Source of the DNA: an uncultured Oscillospiraceae bacterium | GTDB taxonomy: Bacteria; Bacillota; Clostridia; Christensenellales; CAG-138 | NCBI GenBank assembly: GCA_964437665.1 | Contig: CAYTHS010000005.1 | Span: forward strand, 1 to 56,071 | DNA length: 56,071 nucleotides | Reading direction: 5' to 3' | Part shown: positions 1-9,556 of the stretch, in pieces | How positions within the stretch are numbered: the stretch's first letter is position 1 | How the letters are laid out: the number at the start of each line of letters is the position of its first letter | Notes under the pieces: generated by a model | The model's input: the letters and a program-made list of their open reading frames with translations, nothing else | Told to the model about the DNA's origin: nothing | Databases searched by the model: none | Position numbers and translations under genes: made by a program

Positions 1-828
1 CAGCGGCAGCATATGCTGCTGGAAGATTACGAAATTTACCACTACAAAGACAGCCGGGAACTGCACGTTTCGCTGCATTTTCATGACTTTTATGAATGCT
101 ACCTCCTGCTTTCGGGCAATATCAGCTATCAGATCGACAGCGCTTCGTTCACAATCGTCCCGGGCGACCTGCTGCTCATCGGGCCGAACCAGCTCCACCG
201 GCCGCTATTCACGCAAACGGACCGTCCTTACGAGCGGCTCGTACTCTGGCTTTCCCGCTCGTTTGTGGAGCGGCTCTCCACGCCGGAGACCGATCTATCG
301 GCCTGTTTTTCCGCACAGCGCCTGAGCGTGAACCGCCTTTCCGCCGAGCAGCGCGAGAGCATCACGCGGCAGTTTTTCGCGTTACTCGGCGCCAACAGCA
401 GCGAACAGTTCGGAAAAGACGTGCTCTGCAATTCGCTTGCCGCCGAACTGCTCGTTACGCTCAACCGCGCCTGTGCGGGGCGTGAGCGCGCGCTGCCCAG
501 GCCGGACGTACACATTAGCGTGCTGATCAAGAGCGTTTCCAAATACCTGGACGCGCACATCAGCGAGCCTGTTTCGCTGGACGATCTAAGCAAGACCGTG
601 TTTCTCTCAAAATATTATCTGGAACGCGTCTTCCACCGCGAAACGGGCGTTTCGATCTATCAGATGCTGTTGCAGAAGCGGATGATTCTGGCCCGAAACC
701 TCATGCAGCAGGGCCTGCCGCTCACAAGCGTCGCGCAGAAATGCGGTTTTTCGGAATACAGCGGGTTTTACAAGGCGTTCCGCAACGAATACGGCATGTC
801 CCCGCGCAAATACGTTACGCGGCAATAA
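1..828 (+). CDS. AraC-family transcriptional regulator (cupin + HTH); may begin upstream of the window
   Basis: N-terminal cupin motif LHFHDFYE; C-terminal AraC HTH (SLDDLS..LSKYYL, VAQKCGFSEYSGFYKAF). The frame is open from base 1, first ATG at 13. Confidence 0.9.
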   Translation, partial: QRQHMLLEDYEIYHYKDSRELHVSLHFHDFYECYLLLSGNISYQIDSASFTIVPGDLLLIGPNQLHRPLFTQTDRPYERLVLWLSRSFVERLSTPETDLSACFSAQRLSVNRLSAEQRESITRQFFALLGANSSEQFGKDVLCNSLAAELLVTLNRACAGRERALPRPDVHISVLIKSVSKYLDAHISEPVSLDDLSKTVFLSKYYLERVFHRETGVSIYQMLLQKRMILARNLMQQGLPLTSVAQKCGFSEYSGFYKAFRNEYGMSPRKYVTRQ

Positions 829-850
829 CGCGATAAATCGAACAATCAGA

Positions 851-890
851 ACATGCAGGCAGCCTTATTTCAGCTGCCTGCATGTTTTGT
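851..890 (+). terminator. Rho-independent terminator hairpin after araC
   Basis: acatgcaggcagc-cttatttca-gctgcctgcatgt followed by tttt, between convergent genes. Confidence 0.75.
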
Positions 891-931
891 AACACCCAAA
901 GGGGCTATACTCTGTCCCCCGGTTATATTTT

Positions 932-1279
932 TTAGCGGGTTTCGTACTTCCCGTACGCGCCGCTCCAGCAATCGGCAATCTGTACAAACGCATCGTAGCC
1001 GTGCGCGCGGATGTATTCCGTCGCCTGGCGATACTTGCCGTATTTCACGCTGTCGTGTCCGTAAAATCCCTGCAGCATTTCACAGACCGCATACCGTTCG
1101 CAGTCCGCGCAGGTAGCAAGGCCTTTTTTGATGCAGCATATCTTCATTTTACATCTTGCCCGGCTTAACGACCGTTCATCGGTGGTATAGCCTGTTTTGC
1201 ATCCTCTGCAGACATGCGTCGTAAACGCCTTGCAGGTTTTGCAGTACGCCCCGCAGCACCCGATTTGTTCCACTGACAT
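932..1279 (-). CDS. Small Cys-rich protein, DUF3795-like
   Basis: IGCCGAYCKTC, CRGC, CKMKICC and TCADC pattern; RBS GGGAGG upstream. Confidence 0.75.
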   Translation of the reverse strand: MSVEQIGCCGAYCKTCKAFTTHVCRGCKTGYTTDERSLSRARCKMKICCIKKGLATCADCERYAVCEMLQGFYGHDSVKYGKYRQATEYIRAHGYDAFVQIADCWSGAYGKYETR

Positions 1280-1324
1280 ATCCGTAACCTCCCGTCGGTT
1301 CGTATGTTCGCACTACACAGTATA

Positions 1325-1855
1325 TTACGGATTCCAGCTTAAGACAACCGGCAGCAGCGCGTTGTACAGTGTATCCCGGTTCTGCTTCGTGACGGTGAAC
1401 AGCCGCGCGTTTTCGTGCGCGCGGACCGCGTTTAAAAACGGCACGTCGAATCTCGCCTTAACCGCCGCAATCACCGGAATATCCCCGTCGAGCGCCGAAA
1501 ACACGCTTTTGACAAAAGCCTGTGCGCCCGCCTCCATGAAGCCGAGTTCGTCCATGACGATCAACCCGCCCGGCTCGGCTTTGAGATATTCCACGCCGAG
1601 CGTATTAAACGTGTCGGTCACGATATTATGCACCTTGCTGTCGCAGGTGCCGATAAGATTCTTTTGCTCGTGCGCGCGGATTTGCGCGCCTGCCGGATGG
1701 ATATAAATCGGATGAAATCCGGTTTCATCCGCTTCCAGCCGTTTGGTGATAAACCCGTATACGGGACGACTGTTTTTCTGAAGCAACTTTTGAATCAGCG
1801 TGCTTTTCCCAACGCCGACTTCGCCGCAGATCAGGATATGCCTTCGTTCGCTCAT
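1325..1855 (-). CDS. Nucleoside-triphosphatase (NTPase_1/THEP1-like)
   Basis: Walker A GEVGVGKST, GFIT and IVMDELGFME motifs; overlaps the xdhC stop. Confidence 0.85.
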   Translation of the reverse strand: MSERRHILICGEVGVGKSTLIQKLLQKNSRPVYGFITKRLEADETGFHPIYIHPAGAQIRAHEQKNLIGTCDSKVHNIVTDTFNTLGVEYLKAEPGGLIVMDELGFMEAGAQAFVKSVFSALDGDIPVIAAVKARFDVPFLNAVRAHENARLFTVTKQNRDTLYNALLPVVLSWNP

Positions 1856-2880
1856 TTGCCGCCGCCGTTTCCCGCCGCCCGGTGCAAAACCAACTCCGCG
1901 GCGATGCTTATGGCGATTTCCGCCGGGGTTTCCGCCTGAATCGGCAGCCCGATCGGCGCATGGATACGCTTGAGTTCCGTTTCCGGAATGCCGGATTCGA
2001 GCAAACGCTTGTTGGTCGCTGCAATCTTGCTCCGGCTGCCGATCACGCCGACATAGCTCGCTTCGCTCAGCAGCGCCTGGCGCAGCACGTCAAAATCCGC
2101 CTGATGCCCGCGCGTCATGATCACCACATAGTCGTCTTTGGTGATCGAAACGCTCGCGGCCAGATTGGTAAACGAACCAAGGACCATTGCCGCCGCATCG
2201 GGGAAAAGCGCCTGTGCGGCAAACTCCGCGCGGTCCTCGTATACGACAGGAGAAAAGCCGAGATGCGCAATCACCGGCACAAGCTCGCGGGAGACATGCC
2301 CGCCGCCGAACACATACGTATGTCCCGCGACCGTCAGCGGTTCGACATAATAGGTCGGCTCCCCTCTTTGCAGGACCGCGCGTGAACGGGCCATCGGTCG
2401 TATCGTTTCCTTAGAAACGCCGCTGATGAATCGCAAGCCGTTTCCTTGCGAATACACGCCCGTCTGGGTCACGCCGCCGTCGCTGATCTGCGTAATCAGC
2501 CAGGTGTTTTTCCGTTCGGAAAACAGCGCGGAGATCGCGGTGAACAGCTCGATTGCGCGCGCGTCCCCGCCGGCAAAATACTGGAAATACACCACCACCT
2601 GCCCGCCGCAGATCATGCCGATATCCGCCGTCTGGTTGGGGGAAAGGTTGAAGCCGTGTGTAAAAGCGGATTTCTGCTCGATCGCCTGTTTGGCAAGGCG
2701 GATGCTGTGGTACTCCACCGCGCCGCCGCCGACGGTCCCGATTGAGGAGCCGTCCGCGAACACAGCCATCTTCGCGCCGCTTCCGCGCGGCGTGGAGCCG
2801 GAACTTGCAATGATCGTGCAGAGCGCAAGGTCTTCGCCCCTTACGAGGACATCCCGTATGCCGGTGAATAATTTTTCCAT
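1852..2880 (-). CDS. xdhC: XdhC/CoxI family molybdoenzyme maturation protein
   Basis: GSTPRGSGAKM, GTVGGGAVE, GMICGG, VIMTRGH, YVGVIGSRSK and PIGLPI..ETPAEIAISI. Confidence 0.9.
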   Translation of the reverse strand: MEKLFTGIRDVLVRGEDLALCTIIASSGSTPRGSGAKMAVFADGSSIGTVGGGAVEYHSIRLAKQAIEQKSAFTHGFNLSPNQTADIGMICGGQVVVYFQYFAGGDARAIELFTAISALFSERKNTWLITQISDGGVTQTGVYSQGNGLRFISGVSKETIRPMARSRAVLQRGEPTYYVEPLTVAGHTYVFGGGHVSRELVPVIAHLGFSPVVYEDRAEFAAQALFPDAAAMVLGSFTNLAASVSITKDDYVVIMTRGHQADFDVLRQALLSEASYVGVIGSRSKIAATNKRLLESGIPETELKRIHAPIGLPIQAETPAEIAISIAAELVLHRAAGNGGGK

Positions 2881-2892
2881 AAAGCCCCTTAC

Positions 2893-4020
2893 TTATGCCG
2901 CGGGTTCAAGCGCCTGCCGGACGCCGATGGAGTTGGCGACCAGCGCGTCATACTGACCTTCCGTCAGTTCGCTGTGATAAAAAAGCTTGAAGTATTCGGC
3001 AACTTCCCCGTAAAGATTATACTGCGCGGTATCGGGATAGAGCAACTGCGCCATCCACATCATGCCGAGGTAGCGCTGCACCGACGGCGGGAATCCCAGC
3101 CAGTTGTACGGTCCGTAGGGGACTTCGTAGTATGTGCCGTTTTTGATCGCGTTCACCTGCTGCCAGGCCGGGTCGTCGCCCGCGGTTTCATAAATGCTGC
3201 CCGGGGCGAACAGGATCACGTCCGGGTTCCAAAGCAGGATCTGCTCCATGTCCACTTCGTTGCCGGTGCCTTTACTGGAGGGCGAATCCACGGCCGCCAG
3301 ATTGTTGGAAAGCAGGTCGATCACTTCCGCATGGTAGCTGCCCTGCGCGATCACATTGAGTCCCGCGTCGCCGAGGCAGTAAAGCAGGTCGGCTTTTTCA
3401 GCACTGTTTGCAATCTCAATGGTCTTGCCGTACACACGGTCACAGTAGGCCGCAAGGACCGCCGCATCGTCGGCCATGTTCAGCAGTTCGCCGAGCTTGC
3501 CGTATGCCTCTCCCATGGTTTCCGTGGTCGCCGTGATATGCACAAACGGGACCCCCGTCTGCTCCTGCAGCGCGTCCAGGTCTTCGGCGACGGTGTCCTT
3601 CGGTTCACCGACGTCGATCACGACTTCGGCGCCGCTGGCCAGCAGCGTTTCAAGGTTGAGTTCGCCCTTGCCGCCGTAGAGCTGGCCGAGTTCCGGCAGA
3701 TAATAATATTCGGTCGCGAGGTACTGCTCCGCCGCCGCATCCCAGGCGCTGGCAATACCCACAAGCTTGTCCGGACAGAGCGCAAACAGCACGATCTGCG
3801 CCAGCGGGCCGGAAACGGCAACCTTGGTGATGTCCGAAGGCACCTCGACCGTGCGTCCTGCGGAATCGGTAAACGAGACCACAGCCTGCGCGGGCTCTTC
3901 CGCCGGGATCGTCTCCGCGGCCGGTTCTCCGGTTGCTTCGGCTTCCACTCCCTTTTCGGTGCAGCCGAATGCGGAGAGCGCCATCACGAACGTCAGCAGA
4001 AGTATCCATATTTTCTTCAT
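2893..4020 (-). CDS. Type II ABC importer substrate-binding lipoprotein (Fe-siderophore/B12 fold)
   Basis: Lipobox-like AFGC; FTDSAGRTVEVP, NLETLL, EQILLWNPDVI and AIKNG..YEVP motifs. Confidence 0.85.
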   Translation of the reverse strand: MKKIWILLLTFVMALSAFGCTEKGVEAEATGEPAAETIPAEEPAQAVVSFTDSAGRTVEVPSDITKVAVSGPLAQIVLFALCPDKLVGIASAWDAAAEQYLATEYYYLPELGQLYGGKGELNLETLLASGAEVVIDVGEPKDTVAEDLDALQEQTGVPFVHITATTETMGEAYGKLGELLNMADDAAVLAAYCDRVYGKTIEIANSAEKADLLYCLGDAGLNVIAQGSYHAEVIDLLSNNLAAVDSPSSKGTGNEVDMEQILLWNPDVILFAPGSIYETAGDDPAWQQVNAIKNGTYYEVPYGPYNWLGFPPSVQRYLGMMWMAQLLYPDTAQYNLYGEVAEYFKLFYHSELTEGQYDALVANSIGVRQALEPAA

Positions 4021-4040
4021 CGTATTTTTCTTCCTTTCAG

Positions 4041-4865
4041 TTAAGCCGATTCCAGACCGGACCGGGCCTTCCGGCTCTCCGCCGGGTCCGCGCGCCGAAC
4101 GCCGAACACCGGTGAAAGCAGCGATCCATGTTCGGTGCGTACCATTTCGGCCTCCACGCCGTAAAGCCGCCGGATCAGGTCCGCGTCCATCACGTCCTCC
4201 GGCGGGCCGAACGCAGCCGTTTCCCCGCCGAGCAGCGCGAGCGCCGCATCCGCATACCAGAGTGCATGCTGCGGGTTGTGCGTGGAAAGCAGCACCGTGT
4301 AACCGTCGTCCGCAAGGGTGCGCACCTGTTTGAGTACGAGCGCCTGATTACCATAATCAAGGCTTGCGGTCGGTTCGTCCATCAAAAGCGTTTTTGTCTT
4401 CTGGGCAAGCGCGCGGGCAATCAGCACCAACTGCTGTTCGCCGCCGGAAAGATGCGAAAAGTTCTTTTGGGCAAGATGCGGAATTCCCAGCCGCTCAAGC
4501 GCCGCCAGCGCGGTTTTGCGTTCGCGCTGTCCCGGAACGGACAGCGGCGAAACCTGGTGCGTCGTACCCATAAGCACCATGTCCAGCACCATATAACTGA
4601 ACGCCTGCCCGTGTGTCTGCGGAATGTATGCGACCCGGTGCGCAAGCTCGCGCGGCGCCATATTGCGCGCGTTCTCTCCATCGATGAGAATGCTCCCGCC
4701 ATAGCGGTGCTGCAGTCCGAGAATACAGCGGAACAACGTCGTTTTGCCTACCCCGTTCGGGCCGAGCACCGCAAGCAGCCGCCCGTCCCCCGCGGTAAAC
4801 GAAACGTGCCGCAGCACCTCTCTCGTGCAGTAGGCAAAGCTCAAATCCCTTACTTCGATACCCAA
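4041..4865 (-). CDS. ABC transporter ATP-binding protein (FecE/FhuC-like)
   Basis: GPNGVGKTT, LSGGEQQ and LLMDEPT; TTG start after GGAGG. Confidence 0.92.
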   Translation of the reverse strand: MGIEVRDLSFAYCTREVLRHVSFTAGDGRLLAVLGPNGVGKTTLFRCILGLQHRYGGSILIDGENARNMAPRELAHRVAYIPQTHGQAFSYMVLDMVLMGTTHQVSPLSVPGQRERKTALAALERLGIPHLAQKNFSHLSGGEQQLVLIARALAQKTKTLLMDEPTASLDYGNQALVLKQVRTLADDGYTVLLSTHNPQHALWYADAALALLGGETAAFGPPEDVMDADLIRRLYGVEAEMVRTEHGSLLSPVFGVRRADPAESRKARSGLESA

Positions 4866-4896
4866 ACCGGCACCTCCTTGTCGTACGGCGGAAATG

Positions 4897-5952
4897 TTAA
4901 AGCGTTTTCTCCCGTTTAGAGATCAAGTAAATGAAGAACGGAGCGCCGATAAACGCGGTAAGAATCCCTATAGGGATCTCGACGGCAAGCAGGTTCCTCG
5001 AAACGTCGTCAACCAGAAGCAAAAAAACAGCGCCAGCCAGCATGGACGCCGGCAGCAAATAACGGTAATTGCTTCCCACGAGTTTACGGCTCAAATGCGG
5101 GATCACAAGCCCGACCCATCCGATTACGCCGCTGACGGACACGCTCGCCGCGGTAACGAGCGTCGCGCAGACGATTACGAGGAAGCGCAGGCGATTCGTA
5201 TTGACGCCAAGCGTTCTGGCTTCCTCGTCGCCCAGCGTCAACAGGTTGATCTGCCAGCGAAGCAGAAACAGCGGAATCAGCCCGACCGCCATCGGTACGG
5301 CTATGAACGCAGCGTCCCGGAGCTTAACGCCGGAAAGACTGCCCATCATCCAGTAAGTAATGGCGGGAAGCTGGTTGCTCGGGTCGGCGACAAGCTTAAT
5401 ATAGGAAGTGCCCGCCGTAAACAGCGAGCCGATCATAATGCCGGCAAGGATCAGGTTGACTACCCGCAGGCCCGGCGCGCGCTGTGCGATGAAAAACACC
5501 AGGCACACGGCGATCAGGCTGGAAACGAACGCGGCTGCCGTGATAATCCGCGAGGACGCGCCGATCAGAATCGCCAGCGCCGCGCCGAACGCGGCGCCGG
5601 ACGACGCGCCCAGAATGTTCGGCGCCGCCATCGGATTTTGGAACACGCCCTGAAAGGAAGCGCCCGCGGCGGAAAGCGCGCAGCCGACGAAGCACGCAAC
5701 CAAAATGCGCGGCAGGCGGATGTTGATCACCACGGCCTCCATCTCCGCCGTCCACGTCTGCCGCAGCGGTGCGATCCGGTCAAAAAGGATGCGGATTACC
5801 TGCGGGACCGGGACGCCGTAACGTCCCAGCGAAAACGATGCCAAAAATACGAGGACCAGCATCAGCCCCAGCAGCATCAGCACACGGGCAGGGTTCAGCC
5901 TGCGTCTCTGCACCGTCTTCTTTTTTTCCGCGCGTTCCGGTCGGTTTGCCAT
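4897..5952 (-). CDS. FecCD-family ABC permease
   Basis: IRLPRIL, QGVFQNPMA.P.ILG, GDEEARTLGV, IGWVGLVIPH and EIPIGILTAFIGAP. Confidence 0.92.
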   Translation of the reverse strand: MANRPERAEKKKTVQRRRLNPARVLMLLGLMLVLVFLASFSLGRYGVPVPQVIRILFDRIAPLRQTWTAEMEAVVINIRLPRILVACFVGCALSAAGASFQGVFQNPMAAPNILGASSGAAFGAALAILIGASSRIITAAAFVSSLIAVCLVFFIAQRAPGLRVVNLILAGIMIGSLFTAGTSYIKLVADPSNQLPAITYWMMGSLSGVKLRDAAFIAVPMAVGLIPLFLLRWQINLLTLGDEEARTLGVNTNRLRFLVIVCATLVTAASVSVSGVIGWVGLVIPHLSRKLVGSNYRYLLPASMLAGAVFLLLVDDVSRNLLAVEIPIGILTAFIGAPFFIYLISKREKTL

Positions 5953-6012
5953 AAAGAACTACTGTTATGTCCTTTGTTTCATTATTTTTTTAAAAGAATA
6001 ACGCAAATTGAT

Positions 6013-6041
6013 TATAATCGTTTTCAAAGAAAATGTCCAGA
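6013..6041 (-). promoter_or_regulatory. Probable sigma-A promoter of the ABC/xdhC operon
   Basis: Minus strand reads TGGACA-N17-TATAAT. Confidence 0.55.
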
Positions 6042-6239
6042 TTTTTCAAGTCGCGAAAGAAAAAATCGTTCGCCCGATCGAAAACCGGAGGAATTGTCCG
6101 GGTACACGGCGGTTGATACCGCATAGTCCGTCCCTTTTGCGACAATCCGGGGTTCGCTTCTTATGCCGCAGGACATTGGCCGGCGTTATTGCAAAAACCC
6201 GTCTTCAGCGATATTTCCGCAATGACCGCCGCGGGGAAA

Positions 6240-6269
6240 TTGACACGGACATACCGCGCACGATACAAT
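6240..6269 (+). promoter_or_regulatory. Probable sigma-A promoter
   Basis: TTGACA-N18-TACAAT upstream of the 6334 gene. Confidence 0.55.
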
Positions 6270-6333
6270 AATTTCCAGCAAGTTCGCTCATCTTAACGGC
6301 AATTCGACATGTTTTTCAGAAAGGGGTTATCCT

Positions 6334-6969
6334 ATGCTCTTTGGCGATGCATCCTACCAGTCTCTGGCAGACGCCGCAAAAGCGGCCGTACGCGATCCCG
6401 GCAATTTCAACTGGACGTTTATCGCGTTGCTCGCATTCGTTGTGATGATCTATGTGGACGAAATCCATAAAAAGAACTATCAAGCCATTGCTGCCGCGCT
6501 GATGCTTTACAGCGTACACTGGCTGTACGAGATCGCCAACGCGGTGATCTGCCATTTCTCCGGTTACGCGCTCTGGACGGTTTCGCCGGAAAGCACGTCG
6601 TTTATTCTGCTCATCGGCGTAAGCTGGGAGCTTTCCATGATGTTCGCGGTGGCGGGCTTTACCGCAAAGCTCCTGCCAAAAGACAAAAACCTGAAAATCC
6701 TCGGCGTCAGCAACCGTATCGTATTCGCTATCGGCAGCGCTCTGTTTTTCTCGCTTGTCGAGATTTTCCTTGCCTGGACGCCGGCGTTCATCTGGGTCTA
6801 TCCGTGGTGGGGTGCGATCCCGGTGTTCATCACGACCTATATTCCGTTTTTCCTCGCGAGTTACCTGATCTACGACAGGGAGCCGAAGGTGCAGAAGAAA
6901 TGGATCGGTTCACTGGCGGCGGTCAACGTCGTGCTGCTCGCAACGCTGATCCCGCTCGGCGTCATCTGA
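6334..6969 (+). CDS. Hypothetical multi-pass membrane protein
   Basis: 211 aa with about 6-7 hydrophobic segments; RBS AAAGGGG, own promoter and downstream terminator. Confidence 0.8.
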   Translation: MLFGDASYQSLADAAKAAVRDPGNFNWTFIALLAFVVMIYVDEIHKKNYQAIAAALMLYSVHWLYEIANAVICHFSGYALWTVSPESTSFILLIGVSWELSMMFAVAGFTAKLLPKDKNLKILGVSNRIVFAIGSALFFSLVEIFLAWTPAFIWVYPWWGAIPVFITTYIPFFLASYLIYDREPKVQKKWIGSLAAVNVVLLATLIPLGVI

Positions 6970-7051
6970 GCGGACGTTTCGAAACGGAAGACGGTATACG
7001 CGGCCGCAACAGGCGGATTTTAGAAACACACCTAGTCTCTTTTGACAAGTG

Positions 7052-7078
7052 GAAAGGGAGTCCCCGCGGCTCCCTTTC
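7052..7078. terminator. Hairpin terminator between convergent genes
   Basis: gaaagggagtc-cccgc-ggctccctttc. Confidence 0.6.
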
Positions 7079-7170
7079 TGTATATCCCGCACCTTTCTAA
7101 GCGGCGCTGTACCATCCCCGGCCGGACGCCATGCCGGCGCGGCAAACGCCGTCCGCTCACACCGTGACAA

Positions 7171-7539
7171 TCACCCTGCGCAGGAAAGCTTTTCCAGTGC
7201 TTCTTCCAGCGTCGCCACAAAAAAAACATCGTTGCCTGCATTGCTTTCACGGATAAAGTCTTTCAGTGGTTTGCTGGTATATCCGCAATAGTCGCCGATT
7301 ACGGCCAGCTTCATATGGTAATTGACGAACTTCTGCAGTATTTCCCCCGCAAGCCGCGTGCTGAGGATAAAAAACGCCTCCGCGACCGCCTCTTGATAAA
7401 GCACAACGCGCTCGCAGCCGGTTTCATAGCGCACCGTCGCCATCAGGTCCAGTGCGTCCCGCACGCTTTCAAGCAGCTTTCCTTCCGCCGTAACGACGGC
7501 AATCCGCCGCCCGTTTCTGGTTTTTACATCGGTTTGCAT
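7171..7539 (-). CDS. DUF4180 domain protein
   Basis: DALDLMA, FF.LSTRLAGEILQKFVNY.MKLAVIGD and SKPLKDFIRESN; start set at MQTD after RBS GAAAGGA. Confidence 0.85.
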   Translation of the reverse strand: MQTDVKTRNGRRIAVVTAEGKLLESVRDALDLMATVRYETGCERVVLYQEAVAEAFFILSTRLAGEILQKFVNYHMKLAVIGDYCGYTSKPLKDFIRESNAGNDVFFVATLEEALEKLSCAG

Positions 7540-7562
7540 TACATATATCCTTTCCGGCATGC

Positions 7563-8447
7563 TTACATTCCTTTTGTCAGCGCGCGCATATCCTCCGGCA
7601 ATTCCGCGCGCAAACATATCCGCTCGTTTGTAACCGGGTGCGTCAGCGCCAGTTCGGCGGAGTGCAGGGCTGGCCGCGCGATCAGGGTTTCGTTCTTCTC
7701 GCCGTAGAGCCAGTCGCCAGCCAGCGGATATCCGATCGCCGCCATATGCAGCCGGAGCTGGTGCGTGCGTCCGGTCAGCGGCAGCAGTTTCAGCAGCGTA
7801 AACCCGTCGGAGCACGCAAGCGTTTCATATTCCGTGCAGGCATAAACGCCTTCCCGCGTAACCGCCCGCTTGTAAGACGAGCCTGCCGCCATGCCGACGG
7901 GCAGCTCGATCTTCCCCGCCGGCGGCTCCACGCTCCCGACGGCAACGCCGCGATACGCACGGAAATACGCCTCCGTATGCATCGTTCGCCGCAGTCGTTC
8001 GTGGATGTACCCGCTTTTCGCGAACGTCATTAGCCCGCTCGTACCGCGGTCGAGGCGGCTGACCGGGTGCGGCGAAATGTTGCCTCCTAAATAGTAACAG
8101 ACCGCGTTTTCGAGCGTACACTCGTCCGGATCTCGCGTGGACTGGTGCACGGCGATCCCGGCGGGCTTATTGATCATCAGTAAATCCTCGTCTTCATAAT
8201 AAACGTCGAGCGGGAACGGCATCGGTACGATGTGGCCGTCCGGCCGATCCCCGATTTCCATGGTCAGAACGTCCCCGGCGGAGACGCGCGCGGTTACATA
8301 ACTCTTTTTCCCGTTTAGCAGGATCCCACACGCCCGGCGTTTGAGCCGCGAAATATGCGCGGACGAAGCGGCAAGTTCGTTTTTCAACAGGCTCTTCACC
8401 GTTCTTCCCGCCTGTGTTTCATCGACGGAAAGCGTCAGCACACGCAT
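7563..8447 (-). CDS. RluA/RluD-family pseudouridine synthase
   Basis: INKPAG, catalytic RLDRGTSG, TGRTHQLRLH and GDWLYG. Confidence 0.92.
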   Translation of the reverse strand: MRVLTLSVDETQAGRTVKSLLKNELAASSAHISRLKRRACGILLNGKKSYVTARVSAGDVLTMEIGDRPDGHIVPMPFPLDVYYEDEDLLMINKPAGIAVHQSTRDPDECTLENAVCYYLGGNISPHPVSRLDRGTSGLMTFAKSGYIHERLRRTMHTEAYFRAYRGVAVGSVEPPAGKIELPVGMAAGSSYKRAVTREGVYACTEYETLACSDGFTLLKLLPLTGRTHQLRLHMAAIGYPLAGDWLYGEKNETLIARPALHSAELALTHPVTNERICLRAELPEDMRALTKGM

Positions 8448-8653
8448 ATCAATCTCCTCCCCGCGTTCGGCGTTTTGCTTCGTTTTGCCGGCAGTTTCGA
8501 TTATTTGCGGCTATTGTCCCCGCAAACGCGGCCGGCACGTAAATACAGACCCATTTTACATTATTTTCGTCCACAAAGCGCCTGAAATGCGGTATACTGT
8601 TATTATAAAGCGGTCGCTCGGCAGCAAATCATATCAGAAAAGGAGTCCTGCGC

Positions 8654-8965
8654 ATGGCAATCGTTAATCTGACAAACAGCAATTTTCGCAATGAGGTTTT
8701 AGAGGCGGAGCTTCCCGTTCTGGTCGATTTCTGGGCGCCCTGGTGCGGCCCGTGCCGCATGGTTTCGCCCATCGTGGACGAAATTGCCGAGGAAACGCCA
8801 TCGGTCAAGGTCTGCAAGGTAAACATCGACGAACAGCCCGCTCTCGCGTCGCAATACGGCGTAATGAGCATCCCGACGCTCATGGTTTTCCGCAAAGGAG
8901 AAATTGCGGACAAGGCCGTCGGCGCACGCAACAAAGCGTTCATCTTAAAGATGCTCGAAGGCTGA
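8654..8965 (+). CDS. trxA: Thioredoxin
   Basis: VDFWAPWCGPC and SIPTL; RBS AAGGAG. Confidence 0.96.
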   Translation: MAIVNLTNSNFRNEVLEAELPVLVDFWAPWCGPCRMVSPIVDEIAEETPSVKVCKVNIDEQPALASQYGVMSIPTLMVFRKGEIADKAVGARNKAFILKMLEG

Positions 8966-9362
8966 GCCGGAAATCGACCTGCATCCCATCAAAACGATGC
9001 GTGCCAGCCGCACGCAATGAAGTCGTCTGGAAACTGTTTTCCTGACGAAGCAATAGTTTTACTGTTTTTTCTTCTATTTGGGGGTAGTAATGCAGGCGGG
9101 AAAACCCGGCTGAACGCGACCGCCCCCGCTTCGTCAAAGTTTGCCATTTCAGCCGCAGGAGTCCGGCCTCCGAACCCTTCGCGGGGCTTTTTTGAGAGAT
9201 AACCGCTCTTTGGCTCTCGTGCTTATGGACTTCAAGCGGCAAAACGCACAAAGCAACAGTCCGGGACGGGCGATCCGCTGCGCCGCATCAACCGTCGCAG
9301 CCGGAATATGCGGAGCTAGGGTTGCGTTTCTTAACAATTTCAAAGACTATTTTGGCAGGCTG

Positions 9363-9387
9363 CAGCCGCGCGGAATCCGCGCGGCTG
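9363..9387. terminator. GC-rich hairpin, possible terminator, between trxA and mgtC
   Basis: Perfect cagccgcgcgg-aat-ccgcgcggctg. Confidence 0.5.
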
Positions 9388-9556
9388 TATTGATCGGCCT
9401 TGTCTGAAAATACGGCGGGGCAAAGACGGCTTTTTCACTGTGTTTTTGTCGCCCGCCTAAACAACGCTGCCGTCCCCGTTAAGCCTCGCAATCCGGCAAG
9501 ATACCCCCGCCTTTTTTATTTGAGGGCGGGGCCACATTCCGGAGCACAGACCGCTA

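Noticed and set aside
5953-6333. Cobalamin or Moco riboswitch upstream of the ABC operon
   Set aside because: No recognisable conserved boxes, and the likely promoter is about 60 bp from the start codon.
9100-9150. c-di-GMP-I riboswitch suggested by GGCAAAC on the minus strand
   Set aside because: The GAAA-capped stem and GACGCAAAGC elements are missing, and no gene lies downstream in that orientation.
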